Source: an uncultured archaeon (GTDB taxonomy: Archaea; Asgardarchaeota; Lokiarchaeia; Sigyniarchaeales; SOKP01). Taken from it: a stretch of 64,000 bases of DNA. Positions within the stretch are counted from its first letter, which is position 1. Each line of letters begins with the position of its first letter. Positions 20,102 through 30,108 of this stretch are shown here, piece by piece. Both the position numbers and the translations under genes were made by a program. The notes beneath the pieces are model-generated. The model was not told where the DNA came from and made no database searches. It worked only from the letters and a program-made list of their open reading frames with translations. The stretch lies in contig CAZOYD010000001.1 of NCBI GenBank assembly GCA_964583985.1, positions 99,532 through 163,531 of the forward strand, written 5' to 3'.

Positions 20102-22021
20102 TTATTTCAATACCTCCAATCTCTTTTGAATTGCTGTTTTTAATTCTTCAGAAACAATTGCCCCATCAATTTTACCACGTACTTCTTTCATAACTTCACC
20201 CATTAAAGGTCCCATTGAACGAATTTTTTTGCTTTTTATGATTTCAATGTTATCATTGATGACCATTTCTATGACTTTTTTTAGTTCATTTACATTCATC
20301 TTTTCAATTTTTAATTTTTGTTTGATTTCTTCAATAGATAGATGAGAGTTATCTGCTTTCATAATCAACATTTCTTCAATTGCTTCTTTACTAATCTCTT
20401 TTTTTTTTAACTCCATAAATATGTCTTCAAAATCTGAATCTGCAATATTTTCTATATTCTTTCCATCTCTCCTTAAAGCAGTAGTCATTTCTGATATTAC
20501 ATTAATAATTAAGGAGGGATTTTCAGAAAAGATCTTGATTAGTTTTTCGAATAACTCAAGTTTATCATTAAAGATTAATTTCATGATTACCTTCTCTTCC
20601 AATTTATGCTTCTTCGCATATCTTTCAATTGTTAACCAGGGGTATTCTGGAAGTTTTTTTCTTATAATTTCAGCTTCTTCAGGTGGATTGAAAATAGCTT
20701 TGGAATCAGTATCAGGATATAATCGTGCTCCGCCATGTAATTCCCTCAAAAATTCAGTATTGCCATTTTCTAATGCTTTTCGTGTTTCAGGAGGGACGCC
20801 ATTAAATGACACTTTTACCCGTTGAATAATGATATCGATAGCTTTTTTGCATTCTTCTTTTAAACCTAAAATCAATAGGAAACAATCATTTTGAGAGTCT
20901 GAATTTAGATTTTTTCTAATTTTATTTAATTCCTCATTTGATAATTTATACTTGTTAAGATCTTCATCTGAATGGATCAAACCTTTCAATCCTACGAGCG
21001 TTTTTATTTTACTACTAACTTCAGTACCAAATCTATAATCCTCCATCAGTTCAATGCCGAAAATACCCTTAAAGCCTTTCAGATTAATGCCATAGAGCAT
21101 TTTTCCTTTCTTAATGCCCATTCCTATGAATCCTGAGTTATTATTAATCAGTTTTGTTAAATCTTGACCATTAGGGATAATATCATTTAGTTTTAGTTTT
21201 CTTTTTTCTAATTCTTCTTTAATTTTAACTAATCCAAGTTGTCGAGAAATTTCATGATTAATTAAAACGGGGATCCATCCTAATTTCTGAACCCCTTTTA
21301 TCTCGATCCGAGTCCCTGACTTAATGCTCACATTAATATCTTGACGTATTGAGCCTAAAACTTTTTTTACTTTTGTTGACCATAAAAGCAATCCTAATCG
21401 TTCAGCACATTCTCTACATTCATCTGGATGATTTATATCAGGATCGGTAGTGATTTCAACAAGGGGAATTCCCAATCTATCCAACCTAAAATAGTTAGTC
21501 TTGTTTTCAGTCTTAATTCTTCTAGCAGCTTCCTCTTCTAAGCTTAAAATATCAATGCCAATTTTTTTTCCATTTTTTAGCTCCACGTATCCATCTGTTC
21601 CTAAGATCATCGTTCTTTGAAATCCACACGGTACGCTACCATCTAAATAATTTTTCCTGCAAACGTGCATTTCTTCAATTATATTGGCGTTTAATAGCAT
21701 TGCTACTTCCAACGCAATTTTTCGTGCCTCTTCATTGCATGAAAAGGGAGGAGTATCATCCATTTCATAAGTACATATCACGTCATTATAACCCTCATAT
21801 ATAACATCCATGCCTTTTTCATATTCTGTTAGCATTGCTTTATCAAACGTCCCCATTTCTCCTAAGACAGGTCGCATTAATCTTTTAATGGTAAAATCGG
21901 GTTCTTTTGTTCCTTGGAGATTTGTTGGACACCTGCAAAACAGTTTAGTATTAGTATCAAGTTGTTGATGTATTTCTAAGCCACATTTGAGGCCTAACTC
22001 TTTATAATTAAATTGTTTCAT
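20102..22021 (-). CDS. gatE: Glu-tRNA(Gln) amidotransferase subunit E
   Basis: GLKCGLEIHQQL, LDRLGIPLVEI, IRQDINVSI, GARLYPDTD. Confidence 0.97.
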   Translation of the reverse strand: MKQFNYKELGLKCGLEIHQQLDTNTKLFCRCPTNLQGTKEPDFTIKRLMRPVLGEMGTFDKAMLTEYEKGMDVIYEGYNDVICTYEMDDTPPFSCNEEARKIALEVAMLLNANIIEEMHVCRKNYLDGSVPCGFQRTMILGTDGYVELKNGKKIGIDILSLEEEAARRIKTENKTNYFRLDRLGIPLVEITTDPDINHPDECRECAERLGLLLWSTKVKKVLGSIRQDINVSIKSGTRIEIKGVQKLGWIPVLINHEISRQLGLVKIKEELEKRKLKLNDIIPNGQDLTKLINNNSGFIGMGIKKGKMLYGINLKGFKGIFGIELMEDYRFGTEVSSKIKTLVGLKGLIHSDEDLNKYKLSNEELNKIRKNLNSDSQNDCFLLILGLKEECKKAIDIIIQRVKVSFNGVPPETRKALENGNTEFLRELHGGARLYPDTDSKAIFNPPEEAEIIRKKLPEYPWLTIERYAKKHKLEEKVIMKLIFNDKLELFEKLIKIFSENPSLIINVISEMTTALRRDGKNIENIADSDFEDIFMELKKKEISKEAIEEMLIMKADNSHLSIEEIKQKLKIEKMNVNELKKVIEMVINDNIEIIKSKKIRSMGPLMGEVMKEVRGKIDGAIVSEELKTAIQKRLEVLK

Positions 22022-22093
22022 AAAAGATCATCATAATATTTTAAACAATAATAATAACAAGATCTAATCAAGTAGGAAAATTTAAAATTATTA

Positions 22094-23719
22094 TTAAAAA
22101 ACTAAGTTTTTTGCGACATATGGTCCATCTGATTTGTAACCTAATTTATAAAACCAGTTTCTTGCCCCTACTCCGCTGATAACTGCTAATTTTTTTGCAT
22201 CATACTCTTCTCTTGATATTTTTTCTGCTTCTTCCATAAGTAACTTACCAAAACCACGGTGTTGAATCTGGTTAAAATAATTAGGAATCGTCTCTGTTGG
22301 AACAATTTCACCGACAATTCTAATTTCTCTTACAATTAATGTCTTCCCATCATTTAACTCAGATCTATGTGAAAGTTCAGAAGGTTTTCGCAATCGCAAG
22401 TAACCTATTAATAAATCATCCTTTTCATATGAAAGAAATATTTCATCTCCTTGGGATGCTTCATAATTTAATCTCTTTAACTTAAATTCTTTAAAATTGT
22501 TTTCAAAATATGGTTCTTTATTAAAAGCGAATCCATACTCTCGACATCTGATACATTTACATTTTGAGTTGGTCTGATCCAATCTCAACTTTACTAACTG
22601 TCTTAAGTTACTTTTATTACATCCCGCCTCGATTAATGGAGCTGGTATATCTCTCATTATTCTTTGAATTCTAACATAAGGGGGGATTTCTTTTTTAACT
22701 CGTGCAATCAAATCTATTAATCGATCAGTCGAGTATGGATGATATATGCCGTTTTTCCACCATTCATATAATTCCGTGCCTTTTATCACCAAACACGGAT
22801 ATATTTTTAGCATGTCTGGTTTATAGTCCGAATTAGAAAATAATATATGAAATAGCTTTAAATCTCGATCAAAATTTGAACCAGGCAAGTTCGGCATAAT
22901 ATGGGCATTAATTTTAAGCCCGGCGTCTCGAGCAATTCTTATTGCTTCAACACTATCCTTTGTAGTATGTCCTCGGTTTACTAACTCAAAAACGTCATCA
23001 AAAACGGTTTGAATCCCAAGTTCTACACGTGTTACTCCATAAGATAACATTCTATCAACATGTTCTTCTTTACAGTAATCGGGTCTTGTCTCAATAGTTA
23101 AACCAATTAACCGTCGTTTTGAGTTTTCGGCCAATCGTTTCGCTTCATTTAAATTGGATACTTTTTTCTGCAGAATACCTTCATAGGCTCCTTGAATGAA
23201 TGATTCTTGATAATTGAGTGGAGTAGATAAAAACGTACCACCCATACAAATCAGTTCGACCTTATCTATAGCATGACCAATCGCTTCTAGATCAGTTATT
23301 CTGCTTTGAACTTGTTTATAGGAATCATATTGATTATTAATGGATCGGAGTGCGGCAGGTTCTTGTCCTGTATAAGATTGGGCTACTTTTTGCCCAGGTT
23401 GAGATTTTTGTCCTGGACAGTATATGCAAGTACCTGGGCAAGGAAGTGGTTTTGTCATAATAGCAATTACTGAAACTCCCGAGATTGTTCGTGTCTTTCT
23501 TCTTTTAAGTAGTGGCGTTATAATTCTTTTTTCTTCACTTGAAGCGAATTGTAAAATAGTTGCATTCTTTATGACGTTATCAAGAAAATATTTTTTTCCT
23601 ATTTTTCCCTTTAAAGTTGTAATTTTATGACGTGGTGTATTGGGGTTTTCAATTAAAAAATTTATCATTTCTCGAGAAATCTTTTCCAGTTTATCAGAAT
23701 CATCAAAATCTTCAACCAT
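22094..23719 (-). CDS. elp3: tRNA U34 acetyltransferase Elp3 (radical SAM + GNAT)
   Basis: CPGTCIYCPG, QSYTGQEPA, IETRPD, QHRGFGKLLM. Confidence 0.96.
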   Translation of the reverse strand: MVEDFDDSDKLEKISREMINFLIENPNTPRHKITTLKGKIGKKYFLDNVIKNATILQFASSEEKRIITPLLKRRKTRTISGVSVIAIMTKPLPCPGTCIYCPGQKSQPGQKVAQSYTGQEPAALRSINNQYDSYKQVQSRITDLEAIGHAIDKVELICMGGTFLSTPLNYQESFIQGAYEGILQKKVSNLNEAKRLAENSKRRLIGLTIETRPDYCKEEHVDRMLSYGVTRVELGIQTVFDDVFELVNRGHTTKDSVEAIRIARDAGLKINAHIMPNLPGSNFDRDLKLFHILFSNSDYKPDMLKIYPCLVIKGTELYEWWKNGIYHPYSTDRLIDLIARVKKEIPPYVRIQRIMRDIPAPLIEAGCNKSNLRQLVKLRLDQTNSKCKCIRCREYGFAFNKEPYFENNFKEFKLKRLNYEASQGDEIFLSYEKDDLLIGYLRLRKPSELSHRSELNDGKTLIVREIRIVGEIVPTETIPNYFNQIQHRGFGKLLMEEAEKISREEYDAKKLAVISGVGARNWFYKLGYKSDGPYVAKNLVF

Positions 23720-23799
23720 CTAGTAAACATAGTTTTTATAATAGGATAAATTTTTTGATAAGTTGACAAAAAAACTGAGTGAATTTTTAGATTCATAAC

Positions 23800-24636
23800 T
23801 CAAATTCTTATTTTTTTTCCTGTGAAATCCCTTTTAAATTTACCAAAATCATCCATTTTACTTAGTTGAGATAGACTAAAAATAGGACCGTCCTTACATA
23901 CTAACATTCCAACGGGATCAATGTTACAAAGTCCGCATAAGCCGCAACCACATCTCATAATTCTCTCCAAACTGGCGAATAATTCTATTCCTTGCATTTT
24001 ACAGATTTGAAAGAGCTTATGCATCATAATTTCTGGACCACATGTATATACAATAATATTCTTCAGATCGTCTTGGTTAAATTTACTAATAATTTCTTCA
24101 AAGACATTCGTTGGAAAACCTTTTTGACCATAAGAACCGTCGTCTGTACAATATAAAAATGCGTTATTTTTGTTTTTTAAATCGAACGACTTATCTAAAA
24201 ATATTAATTCATTCTTATTTTTTGCTCCTTCAATTACTTTAAACATGAAGCCAGACTCTTTTAATCGATTTGCAAGGAATTTTAACGGAGCCATACCGGT
24301 ACCTCCTCCAATTAAAAATATGTGCTTTGATGATTTAGAGGGCATTTTAAAATGATTACCAAGTGGACCTCTTATCCCAATATAATCTCCAATTTTTAAT
24401 TCTTGCAGAGCATTTGTGCATTCTCCGACTTTTTTAACCGTAATTGACCAATTGCCACTTTTCTCGTGATCGGATATTGACATAGGAATCTCATCTACTC
24501 CCGGTACCCATATCATAACAAATTGGCCTGGTTTTGGAGTGGGATAATTCTCCAATTTGAAGGTAATTGTTTTTACGGCAGAGCATTCTTCGATAATTCG
24601 ATTAATTTTTACAGTTTTTATTATATTTTCAGTCAA
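23800..24636 (-). CDS. pyrK: Dihydroorotate dehydrogenase electron transfer subunit
   Basis: PGQFVM, RGPLGN, GGGTG, MRCGCGLCGLC..CKDGP. Confidence 0.93.
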   Translation of the reverse strand: MTENIIKTVKINRIIEECSAVKTITFKLENYPTPKPGQFVMIWVPGVDEIPMSISDHEKSGNWSITVKKVGECTNALQELKIGDYIGIRGPLGNHFKMPSKSSKHIFLIGGGTGMAPLKFLANRLKESGFMFKVIEGAKNKNELIFLDKSFDLKNKNNAFLYCTDDGSYGQKGFPTNVFEEIISKFNQDDLKNIIVYTCGPEIMMHKLFQICKMQGIELFASLERIMRCGCGLCGLCNIDPVGMLVCKDGPIFSLSQLSKMDDFGKFKRDFTGKKIRI

Positions 24637-25556
24637 AAATCGGGCACCTTTTGTGTTTCAAAGTTATGAGATAATCCTTTTATCTCAGTTAAATTTTTAA
24701 AATTATTTAATGTTAGATATTCTCTTATCCCTGAGTTGATCTTTTCAACTATATCAAAGCCTTGATATAAGATTGAACCAATTTGTATAGCTGTAGCTCC
24801 AGCAAGAAAAAATTCAATAGCATGTTCCCATTTAGATATACCACCACATCCAATTATGGGAATCTTTAAAATCTTATAAAGATCATAGACTTTTTTCACG
24901 GCGATTGGGTGAATGGCCCTTCCAGAAAGTCCTCCGCTTCCGTGGGACAGAATTGGTCTCATTGTGTTAATATCAATCACCATTCCTGCTAAGGTATTTA
25001 TTGCAACAACGCCATCAGCACCTCCTTCTTGGGCAGCGAGAGCAATCTCACAGATATCAGTGACGTTAGGGTTTAATTTCACAAATAAAGGAATCGATAA
25101 TTTTTCCTTAAGAAGTTTCGTGAGGTTAAACGTGAGATCTTTACTTATACCAATAGAAGAAACCTCAGCATGTGGACAAGATATGTTAATTTCGATTGCA
25201 TCTGCTCCTGCCTTTTGTGCTTTTAATGCTACATCTAAATATGATTCATTAGTATCACCAAATACACTCACTATTAAAGGAATATTATTTACTTTAATCT
25301 CTTTTATTTCTGAGATGAAGTTCTCGATTCCAGGATTCCCTAATCCTACACTATTTAGGAAGGTCCCCGGAAAAATTTCTATAATTGAAGGATTTTTATA
25401 TCCTTTTCTGGGTTTTGGACCAATAGATTTTGTTGTTATCGCCCCTAAGCCTGTATCCATAAGTTTCTTCATATTGGAAAAAGAAACTCCTAATATACCG
25501 GAAGCTAGAATGATTGGTGATTTTAAATTTAAACCCGATAAAATTACCTTTAGCAT
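24633..25556 (-). CDS. pyrD: Dihydroorotate dehydrogenase class 1B catalytic subunit
   Basis: ILASG, EINISCPH, VKLNPN, GGLSG; ATG at 25556 preferred. Confidence 0.95.
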   Translation of the reverse strand: MLKVILSGLNLKSPIILASGILGVSFSNMKKLMDTGLGAITTKSIGPKPRKGYKNPSIIEIFPGTFLNSVGLGNPGIENFISEIKEIKVNNIPLIVSVFGDTNESYLDVALKAQKAGADAIEINISCPHAEVSSIGISKDLTFNLTKLLKEKLSIPLFVKLNPNVTDICEIALAAQEGGADGVVAINTLAGMVIDINTMRPILSHGSGGLSGRAIHPIAVKKVYDLYKILKIPIIGCGGISKWEHAIEFFLAGATAIQIGSILYQGFDIVEKINSGIREYLTLNNFKNLTEIKGLSHNFETQKVPDF

Positions 25557-25626
25557 TACATTATAATTTAAGAAAGTATTATTATTATTATTATTTGAGA
25601 AAATCAAATTGCAAGTTGGTTGAAAA

Positions 25627-26859
25627 ATGAACTGTTTTATCATTGATACTTTATTAGGAATCTATGCCTTGGATGAGGGAGAAACAATTGTCAATTTTAT
25701 TGACTTTAGCAAAGATGAAAAGAAAGCTATTGATTTTTTCAAATCTTTAAAGGAAAAAAGTATCAGTAAGGAATATGAACAATTTCTCCAAGAAATCAGT
25801 AGTTCTGGGTTTGATAATTTAATTTTTGATAACGAGATATTAGCAAAAACTACGAATATCAATTTGGGATTAAAAATAACTCTTACCCCTGAAGACTTAG
25901 AATTCAGAAATTTTCGATTGAATTTAAAAGAGCAACTTAAAAAAATTGGAAATTACCAGAGCTTAGATGATCTCTCATACCATTTTAAACGTGTTCAAGA
26001 AATTTTAATCAAAACCAATATCAGAGAAGCTGGAGGAAAAGAGGATTTAATAATAATTCAAGTTACTGAATCACTTGAAATTGTAAAAAAGTCAATAAGC
26101 TTATTTGCAAGTCGATTAAAGGAGTGGTATGGATTGCATTTTCCTGAATTAACTGATAAATTGATCGAAGACAATATAATTTTAGCGAAAATGATTGATA
26201 GAATAGGTCATCGAGATAATTACACACTAGACAATATTAATCTATATTTTGATTTCAAGGATGAAAGAAGTGAGATGCTGCAAGGATTAGCAGCTCGTTC
26301 TATGGGAGCAGATATAGATCTTACTATTATTAAAAAATATGCTCAAGAGATTTTAGATTTAGATGTTTTTCGGGAAGAACTTGAACAATATCTTGAAGAA
26401 TTAATGATGGAAGCAGCACCTAATCTTACAACACTTATTGGGAGTTTGATTGGAGCAAAATTGATAGCAAAAGCTGGAAGCCTGAAAAATTTAGCTTATA
26501 TGCCCGCCTCAAGGATTCAGCTTTTAGGAGCTGAAAAAGCATTATATAGATTTCTTAAAACTGGTGAAAAAAGACCAAAACATGGATTAATTTTTCAGTG
26601 GAATTTAATTAGAGGAAGTAAAGCTTATATCCGCGGAAAAATTTCCAGAGTTATTTCAGGGAAAATAGGAATTGCTTCAAAAGTAGATTTTTTTAAAGGA
26701 GCCTTCATAGGAGATATTTTAGCAAGAGAAAGTGAGGAAAAAATTAAAGAACTGGAAATGAAATATCCTAAACCGCCCGTAAAAAAAAGTCAGGTGCAAA
26801 CAAAATCAAAATCAAATAAAATGCAAGCAAAGAAGAAACCTAGAAGGAGGGAAAGCTAA
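25627..26859 (+). CDS. nop5: C/D-box sRNP protein Nop5
   Basis: EWYGLHFPEL, APNL, IQLLGAEKAL, PKHGLIF. Confidence 0.95.
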   Translation: MNCFIIDTLLGIYALDEGETIVNFIDFSKDEKKAIDFFKSLKEKSISKEYEQFLQEISSSGFDNLIFDNEILAKTTNINLGLKITLTPEDLEFRNFRLNLKEQLKKIGNYQSLDDLSYHFKRVQEILIKTNIREAGGKEDLIIIQVTESLEIVKKSISLFASRLKEWYGLHFPELTDKLIEDNIILAKMIDRIGHRDNYTLDNINLYFDFKDERSEMLQGLAARSMGADIDLTIIKKYAQEILDLDVFREELEQYLEELMMEAAPNLTTLIGSLIGAKLIAKAGSLKNLAYMPASRIQLLGAEKALYRFLKTGEKRPKHGLIFQWNLIRGSKAYIRGKISRVISGKIGIASKVDFFKGAFIGDILARESEEKIKELEMKYPKPPVKKSQVQTKSKSNKMQAKKKPRRRES

Positions 26860-26860
26860 T

Positions 26861-27550
26861 ATGAGTAATTTTAATATTAGAACCCATCCAAAATACGCTA
26901 ACGTTTATATTTCTGGTCCTCCACACAACCTCAAGCTTTATACTAAAAATTTGGTTCCTGGAAATAAAGTATATGGGGAGAAATTGATTGAATTTAAAGG
27001 AGAAGAATACCGAGAATGGGATCCCTATAGAAGTAAATTAGCAGCCATGATATTGGAAAACCCTTTAACTGATTTCTTATCCGGCGATTTAAAATGTTTG
27101 TATTTAGGTGCATCATCAGGTACTACAATATCTCATCTTTCAGATATATTTTGTGAAGGGATAATTTATGGAGTTGAATTTTCTGAACGGAGCATGCGTC
27201 AATTAATTCAAAATACAAATAAAAGGAAAAATATTATTCCAATTTTAGGTGACGCTAATTTTCCAGAAAAATATTCTAATTCTATTTTTACGAATATTGA
27301 TATAGTTTATCAAGATGTAGCTCAACCAAACCAAGCACAGATTGCTATTGTGAACTGTGATTATTATCTTAAGGATAAAGGATTTTTAATTCTCGCAATT
27401 AAATCTCAATCAATAGATAGCGTTCAAAAACCTGAAAAAATTTATATTCAAGAAATAAAGATTTTGGAAAAAGCTGGTTATGAGATAAGTGAAAATTTTA
27501 ATATTCACAGATTTGCAGCAAATCACATTATTTTAATTGCACATAAATAA
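26861..27550 (+). CDS. flpA: Fibrillarin
   Basis: VYGE, YREWDPYRSKLAA, LYLGASSGTT, DVAQP. Confidence 0.97.
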   Translation: MSNFNIRTHPKYANVYISGPPHNLKLYTKNLVPGNKVYGEKLIEFKGEEYREWDPYRSKLAAMILENPLTDFLSGDLKCLYLGASSGTTISHLSDIFCEGIIYGVEFSERSMRQLIQNTNKRKNIIPILGDANFPEKYSNSIFTNIDIVYQDVAQPNQAQIAIVNCDYYLKDKGFLILAIKSQSIDSVQKPEKIYIQEIKILEKAGYEISENFNIHRFAANHIILIAHK

Positions 27551-27614
27551 TCTTAGCATTACTTCTATAAGCGAATTTTGTTTTTTTCAAAAGGTGTTAA
27601 TTTTTTTAAATTAT

Positions 27615-28304
27615 TCATATAAAATCGGTAAATTTTTTCGAGTATAATTCTTCGCGAATTATTTTTTTCGTTGTTTCCCATGAATTTCTCGCAATAGGGG
27701 GAGCTTTCTTATGCGTTCTAACCCAGTCACGAAGGAAAGTAGTACTCCGCAAGTCTGATGGATACCCTGATCCAAAATCTCCATATTTATTCTTTAGTTC
27801 TTCAATGATTCTATCTCTCTTATCTTTAGCAATTATTGAACTTGCTGACACGATTGGATATGAATCATCGGCCTTATGTTTAGAAATGATTTTTTTTGGC
27901 GAATAATTTAGCAATTTAGCAATTGAACGCCCAAATCGATCTTCTTTAACATCAGCAGCGTCAATATATACAAAATCTGGTTTTAAGTGATTTATTATTT
28001 CAGCCATTTTTAATTCTTCAAGGTGATTTAATGAAATTCTAAGAGAAAGTCTTTCATCAATTTCTTTCGGTGATACAATCACGTTTTGATAAGAATAGCA
28101 TATTGATTTTATTTTTATAGATAATTCGCTTCTTTTTCTCATTGTTAATTTCTTCGAATCCTTCACTCCCAAACGTGAAAGTAAATTGATATTTTCTTCG
28201 AGAAAGCAAACACCACAAATTACCATTGGGCCTAGAACGGGTCCTGTCAACATATAATTCGATATGAATTATATTCTACCAGCCTCATCTAATCCACAGA
28301 TCAA
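27615..28304 (-). CDS. rnhB: Ribonuclease HII, interrupted by a 30-nt intron (exon 1 28304-28276, exon 2 28245-27615)
   Basis: TTG-ICGLDEAG(R) + insert + GPVLGPMV; GVKDSKKL, KAD..YPIVSASSIIAK, GSGYPSD; C-terminal PIP-like KKFTDFI. Confidence 0.93.
28246..28275 (-). other. Putative BHB-type mRNA intron in rnhB
   Basis: A-ATATAATTC-ATATC-GAATTATAT-GTTG-AC: 9-bp hairpin and in-frame TAA; exact removal restores GGT AGA GGA CCC (GRGP). Confidence 0.85.
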
Positions 28305-28305
28305 T

Positions 28306-29313
28306 TTAGAGGTTATTTGCTGTTCCTTTGACGAGTTCGATAAATTCATCTTCGTTATCTATATTTTCTAAATCTCTAACTTTTACAATTGGTATGACGT
28401 TATTCTTAGTAGTATCAGATACGTTAATGTCATTGTTTATAATTAAAAGACTTTTTTTTTGAAACAGATTTGTAAATATTTTCAAGCAATTTAAATTGAT
28501 TTCAGAAATTTTTTTCTGTTCTTCAGAGATCCCAGAAAAGATAGGATAGATATTGACTTGTTTTTCAGAAGATGAATAAATTGAAAATTTGAACGGGATG
28601 GGTCCCTTACTATACCAGTATGTTGACATTCCAATATCCTCAATTACGTCATTGATATGAGCTTCAAAAGGATTTAAATCTTTTTCTTCCCCAATAGTTG
28701 ATTCTTGAAATTTGAATTTTATTTTCCAACTAAAAGGGTCCATTCTTTTTAGGATCATATTATCGTGTAATGTTTCAAGAATTTTTAAAGCAATACTTTC
28801 CGATGGTCTCATGCTGTCATTTTCATAAGCACATACGGTTCTTTTCGTAACTCCCAACTTTTCAGAGAGTTCTTTTCTTGAAATTGATTCTGATTCTCGT
28901 TTAAATTTCATTAATTGCCCATCCAAGAAGATAATGCCCCCTCCTCGCCTTGCTAAGATGTAGGGATAGTCATCATGTTCGATTATTTTTTGAAATGTAT
29001 TCATTGAAATAAAGGGTAATCCATATCGCATATAGACGGAATTATCCTCTAATTGTTGATACCTATTTCTAAGTCCAATCAATAATGGTTTTGATTTGAG
29101 TAATAATGATAGTGATTTAATGTCATTTACTAATTCAATATTAAGATTATCGATATTTGGAAATATTTTAACACTAAAAATAGAGTCTTTTTTTTTTGCT
29201 AGTAAATCAAAACAAAATTTATTCTTCTTATCGTTAAAATTATCAAGCAAAAAAGTCTCAAAATTAGCTTTTAGTAATATGGTATTAATTTTTTCAATAA
29301 TTTCACTAATCAT
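28306..29313 (-). CDS. Archaeal HTH transcriptional regulator (COG1395-like)
   Basis: CFDLLAKK, NIDNL, ARRGG, ISRKELSEKLGVTKRTVCAYE HTH. Confidence 0.85.
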   Translation of the reverse strand: MISEIIEKINTILLKANFETFLLDNFNDKKNKFCFDLLAKKKDSIFSVKIFPNIDNLNIELVNDIKSLSLLLKSKPLLIGLRNRYQQLEDNSVYMRYGLPFISMNTFQKIIEHDDYPYILARRGGGIIFLDGQLMKFKRESESISRKELSEKLGVTKRTVCAYENDSMRPSESIALKILETLHDNMILKRMDPFSWKIKFKFQESTIGEEKDLNPFEAHINDVIEDIGMSTYWYSKGPIPFKFSIYSSSEKQVNIYPIFSGISEEQKKISEINLNCLKIFTNLFQKKSLLIINNDINVSDTTKNNVIPIVKVRDLENIDNEDEFIELVKGTANNL

Positions 29314-29376
29314 AATATCGGCATTATATGAAATACAAAACTCTTAAAAAAATATCTGATTAAGAATAATTACGAA

Positions 29377-29958
29377 TTACCTGAGTGTTAATTTAAGAAA
29401 ATTCGAATCTGTAATGATCCCGAGGTATTCATCAAATTCTTTCACTAATACAGCTGAATATTTCACTAATAGGTTTGAAATATCCTTTACACTCCAAGTT
29501 TTTTCAACTTCAGGAAAAGGTAATTCCTTAAAATTCATAACATTGATATTAATTAACTCTGGATTTTCAATGATGAGTTTTTGTATTTTTTTGGAAGTTA
29601 TACTCCCTAGATTCTGCCCATTATTCCCTATTATTGGTATTTGGGAAATACTATATTTATTCATTATTTCCATCGCATCTTTCATTGTTGAATTTGAATT
29701 AATGCTATAAATTTGTTTTGTCATAATATCCGAAGCAATATTTTCTGTTTGTTCTCTCTTTCTACGTTCTTTTTCTAAAAATTCATATATCTTTTTAAAT
29801 TTAGAATAAGGAGGATCCATTGTCTCATTTTCAATTCGAGAGACGGTTGATTGGGGGATTTTTAAGATTTTGCCAAGTTCTTTTTGGCTGATATTCAATG
29901 ATTTCCTTAGACTCTTGATTTCATTTAGTTCTGGTAAATTATTCATTACTAATTCCAT
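29377..29958 (-). CDS. XRE-HTH + CBS domain regulator
   Basis: ISQKELG..QSTVSRIE..DP HTH; ASDIMTK..ISQIP..GIIT CBS pair. Confidence 0.9.
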   Translation of the reverse strand: MELVMNNLPELNEIKSLRKSLNISQKELGKILKIPQSTVSRIENETMDPPYSKFKKIYEFLEKERRKREQTENIASDIMTKQIYSINSNSTMKDAMEIMNKYSISQIPIIGNNGQNLGSITSKKIQKLIIENPELININVMNFKELPFPEVEKTWSVKDISNLLVKYSAVLVKEFDEYLGIITDSNFLKLTLR

Positions 29959-30108
29959 TTATCCATAAAATTTATTTAGTATAATCTGAACGCATAAAAA
30001 ATGCTGCAGAGTTATTTTCATTTCAATAATTATTAAATAAGCTCATTAATTTAAAAACGTAGTTAATATTTAAACATCGTTATAGATAGAAGAACTTGGT
30101 TTAGCAAT

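Noticed and set aside
24913-25566. 217-aa plus-strand ORF and the other short antisense ORFs inside housekeeping genes
   Set aside because: Shadows of well-supported genes on the opposite strand
27615-28253. ORF-track 212-aa RNase HII starting at ATG 28253, or reading rnhB as a pseudogene
   Set aside because: That ATG lies inside the insert and omits the catalytic DE residues; the exons are otherwise undamaged, so an intron explains the data better
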